Below are positions 61,878 through 64,000 of a stretch of DNA of 64,000 nucleotides, piece by piece. Numbering within the stretch: the first letter of the stretch is position 1; each line of letters opens with the position of its first letter. The notes under the pieces are model-generated. The model searched no databases, was not told where the DNA came from, and saw only the letters and a list, made by a program, of their open reading frames with translations. The position numbers were made by a program, and so were the translations under genes. This DNA comes from Waddliaceae bacterium (lineage in GTDB: Bacteria; Chlamydiota; Chlamydiia; Chlamydiales; JABHNK01), in NCBI GenBank assembly GCA_018694295.1, contig JABHNK010000053.1:833-64832 (forward strand), read 5' to 3'.

Positions 61878-62978
61878 ATGCTCAATGATAAAAAGATACC
61901 GGTGGGGGTCCTCGGAGCAACAGGGATGGTAGGACAGAAGCTCTTGCAGCTTCTCGAAAACCATCCGTGGTTCGACGTCGTCGCTATGGCAGCATCGGGG
62001 AAATCATGCGGAAAACAATACCGCGATGCCGTCACCTGGAAGATGCCTACACCAATACCACCTTCCATCGCAGAGACTATTATCAGACCATGCTCGCCGG
62101 AGATGCCTTGCTCGATAGTGTTCTCGGCATTAGACGCCACTATCGCTGGCGATATCGAAGAACAGTTTGCTCATGCAGGGCATATCGTTATCTCCAACGC
62201 CAAAAATCATAGAACCGACAGCGACGTTCCATTGCTCATCCCAGAAGTCAACGCCTGTCATCTCGACATCGTAGAACGGCAGCATTACAGCGGGATGATA
62301 ATAACAAACCCCAATTGTGCGACGATAGGACTAACGATGGCGCTCAAACCTCTAGATGATGCCTTCGGCGTCGAGTCCGTCGATGTCGTTACCATGCAGG
62401 CGACATCAGGAGCAGGAGCCGCCGGCGACGACCTCGATATCGACGATAATATCATACCGCATATCGACGGCGAAGAAGAAAAGATACAAGAAGAGCCAAA
62501 AAAAATCCTAGGAACATATCACGAGGGGATAATCATCCCAAGTGATATCATTATAAATGCACAATGCAACCGCGTAAATGTCAGCGACGGACACCTCGCA
62601 TGCGTCTCGGTGAAACTCAAAGAAAAAACAACAATAGAAGCCATCATAGAAGCGTGGGAACGCTTCCCACAGCATCTTAATACACCAACAGCGCCAGCAA
62701 AACCCGTCGTATATCTTCATGAAAAAGACCACCCACAGCCCAAAATACACCGCACAATGGAAAACGGTATGGCAGTGACAATAGGACGACTTAAAACATC
62801 ACAGACTTTCGACTACTCGTTCGTCGTGCTCTCACATAATACCGTCAGAGGAGCAGCAGGAGGAGCTATCCTCAGCGCTGAAGCCATTGTCAATAAAATC
62901 TGGCACGGTTCAAAATTCGACGGGTCTGGCTTGCATCTTTGCGTTTCTCCGAAGGAAAATGCAAAGACGCAAGCCTGA
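61878..62978 (+). CDS. asd: aspartate-semialdehyde dehydrogenase (C-terminus extended by repeat C2)
   Basis: GATGMVGQ NAD motif, active-site NPNCATIG. The last 25 codons lie inside the C-family element. Confidence 0.9.
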   Translation: MLNDKKIPVGVLGATGMVGQKLLQLLENHPWFDVVAMAASGKSCGKQYRDAVTWKMPTPIPPSIAETIIRPCSPEMPCSIVFSALDATIAGDIEEQFAHAGHIVISNAKNHRTDSDVPLLIPEVNACHLDIVERQHYSGMIITNPNCATIGLTMALKPLDDAFGVESVDVVTMQATSGAGAAGDDLDIDDNIIPHIDGEEEKIQEEPKKILGTYHEGIIIPSDIIINAQCNRVNVSDGHLACVSVKLKEKTTIEAIIEAWERFPQHLNTPTAPAKPVVYLHEKDHPQPKIHRTMENGMAVTIGRLKTSQTFDYSFVVLSHNTVRGAAGGAILSAEAIVNKIWHGSKFDGSGLHLCVSPKENAKTQA

Positions 62979-63003
62979 CCCTAGAATAAAAATGAACCAT
63001 GCC
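62902..63003. repeat. C-family palindromic element, copy C2
   Basis: Inverted copy of 28936..29040. Termini GGCACGGTTCA/TGAACCATGCC. Confidence 0.85.
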
Positions 63004-63150
63004 TAAAATCTTCGCCGAAGACAAAGAAGTTTTCTGCGCAAAAGCCTTAACGTAAAGATAATACAGAATTCTTAGAAAATTCTCGTTAAGTTTACAAACT
63101 ATTCTTCCGATACTACTTCTATATGGTAACAACCAACAATGTGAAGTAAT

Positions 63151-63282
63151 ATGAATAGTAAGCAAAAAACATTAATTTCTAAGAAGACTAATAAAAGTAA
63201 AAAAACAGGGCTTATGCAGGATAAAAAACGACAGACTGCCGAAGGATGGAGACGCAAACGTATAGTAAAGCATAAGAATTAG
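63151..63282 (+). CDS. possible small basic protein (43 aa)
   Basis: MNSKQKTLISKKTNKSKKTGLMQDKKRQTAEGWRRKRIVKHKN. Found by eye, absent from the ORF track, no RBS evident. Confidence 0.2.
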   Translation: MNSKQKTLISKKTNKSKKTGLMQDKKRQTAEGWRRKRIVKHKN

Positions 63283-63399
63283 CATAAGTTTCTTAGTCCT
63301 TGTAAGAAAAGAGCATGTGCGTTATAACTAGGTATAACCGATACGGTAATATCCCTACGTAATTCGGCAAATGTAAAATATTATTTATAAAAGGATTAT

Positions 63400-64000
63400 A
63401 TGCTCTCTAGTATCACAAAAAAAAATAAAATAAACCTCGACGACTACAACTATCAAAGAGATATCGAGAATAGACTTCTTATGTCGCATTTCTCCGTCTT
63501 TGAAGTTGAAGTCCTAGAAGAAATTATCAACGGCTCTATAACGATGAAAATCAGCGATCTTACCGATGCGCTTGATGTCTCCGTTGATACTATCATGCCA
63601 ATCATCGAAGACCTTAAAACAACAGGACTCTTCGTCGTCAAAGACGATAAGATCGTTGTAAATAAAGAACTTCGCAAATACTACGAATTTCAGATAGAGA
63701 AATTCGACGATGACTTCAGACCAGATATGGAGTTCTTACAAGACCTTCACAGTAAAGTCCCTATCCATGTTTTGCCGGTATGGTATTCCATACCACGGAC
63801 GTCAGACAATATCTTTAAATCTTTGATAGAGCGTTATCTCCTTACTCCGAGCATATACCAGCGATATCTTGGAGAGCTAAATTTTACCGACCCCACCGTC
63901 TCCGGCATCGTCGAAGACGTTTTCTCTTCTCCAGATAAAAGAGTTTTCTCTTCAGAGCTGCGCGAGCGATATTCACTGTCACTAGAACAATTCGAAGAGC
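63400..64000 (+). CDS. hypothetical protein, 5' partial at the window end
   Basis: Open frame of 200 codons from the ATG at 63400 to the window edge (MLSSITKKNKINLDDYNYQRDIENRLL...). Absent from the ORF track because no stop is reached. Confidence 0.6.
   Translation, partial: MLSSITKKNKINLDDYNYQRDIENRLLMSHFSVFEVEVLEEIINGSITMKISDLTDALDVSVDTIMPIIEDLKTTGLFVVKDDKIVVNKELRKYYEFQIEKFDDDFRPDMEFLQDLHSKVPIHVLPVWYSIPRTSDNIFKSLIERYLLTPSIYQRYLGELNFTDPTVSGIVEDVFSSPDKRVFSSELRERYSLSLEQFEE

Overview
This window reads as a chromosomal segment of a member of the Chlamydiae. The hallmarks are the histone H1-like protein Hc1 (hctA) and an Slc1-type type III secretion chaperone directly upstream of ssb. An RND efflux operon and other accessory genes suggest an environmental or amoeba-associated lineage, but that is inference. 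Most of the window is housekeeping: rpmE2-prfA-prmC; ffh-rpsP-trmD-rplS-rnhB; ftsK; comEC; an exbB/exbD cluster; rlmD; dus; gmk-rpoZ-metG; recD2; ruvB; queA; ssb-asd. There are three tRNAs (His, Asp, Val). I found no rRNA, CRISPR array, transposase, integrase or phage genes. Two things stand out. (1) An accessory block at about 15.2-26.5 kb is cut into single-gene cassettes by copies of a roughly 120-200 bp structured repeat. It carries an Inc-like membrane protein, a chloramphenicol-phosphotransferase-like P-loop protein, a Fic C-terminal fragment flanked by palindrome-bearing 40-bp repeats, and a 1703-aa Rhs/YD-repeat polymorphic toxin with a Sec signal peptide. The Rhs protein ends in an unassignable 298-aa C-terminal domain and is followed by three tandem secreted paralogues, which are candidate immunity proteins. 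I rate this locus the most interesting system here. (2) The genome is seeded with at least three families of hairpin-rich intergenic repeats plus heptanucleotide tandem arrays. Hairpins in the first two families (A, B) show compensatory substitutions between copies. Repeat termini repeatedly coincide with or supply the stop codons of flanking genes, and one copy adds about 25 codons to asd. Also notable is an EndA-like DNA/RNA non-specific nuclease directly upstream of comEC. All calls come from reading the sequence and the ORF translations; no database searches were run.
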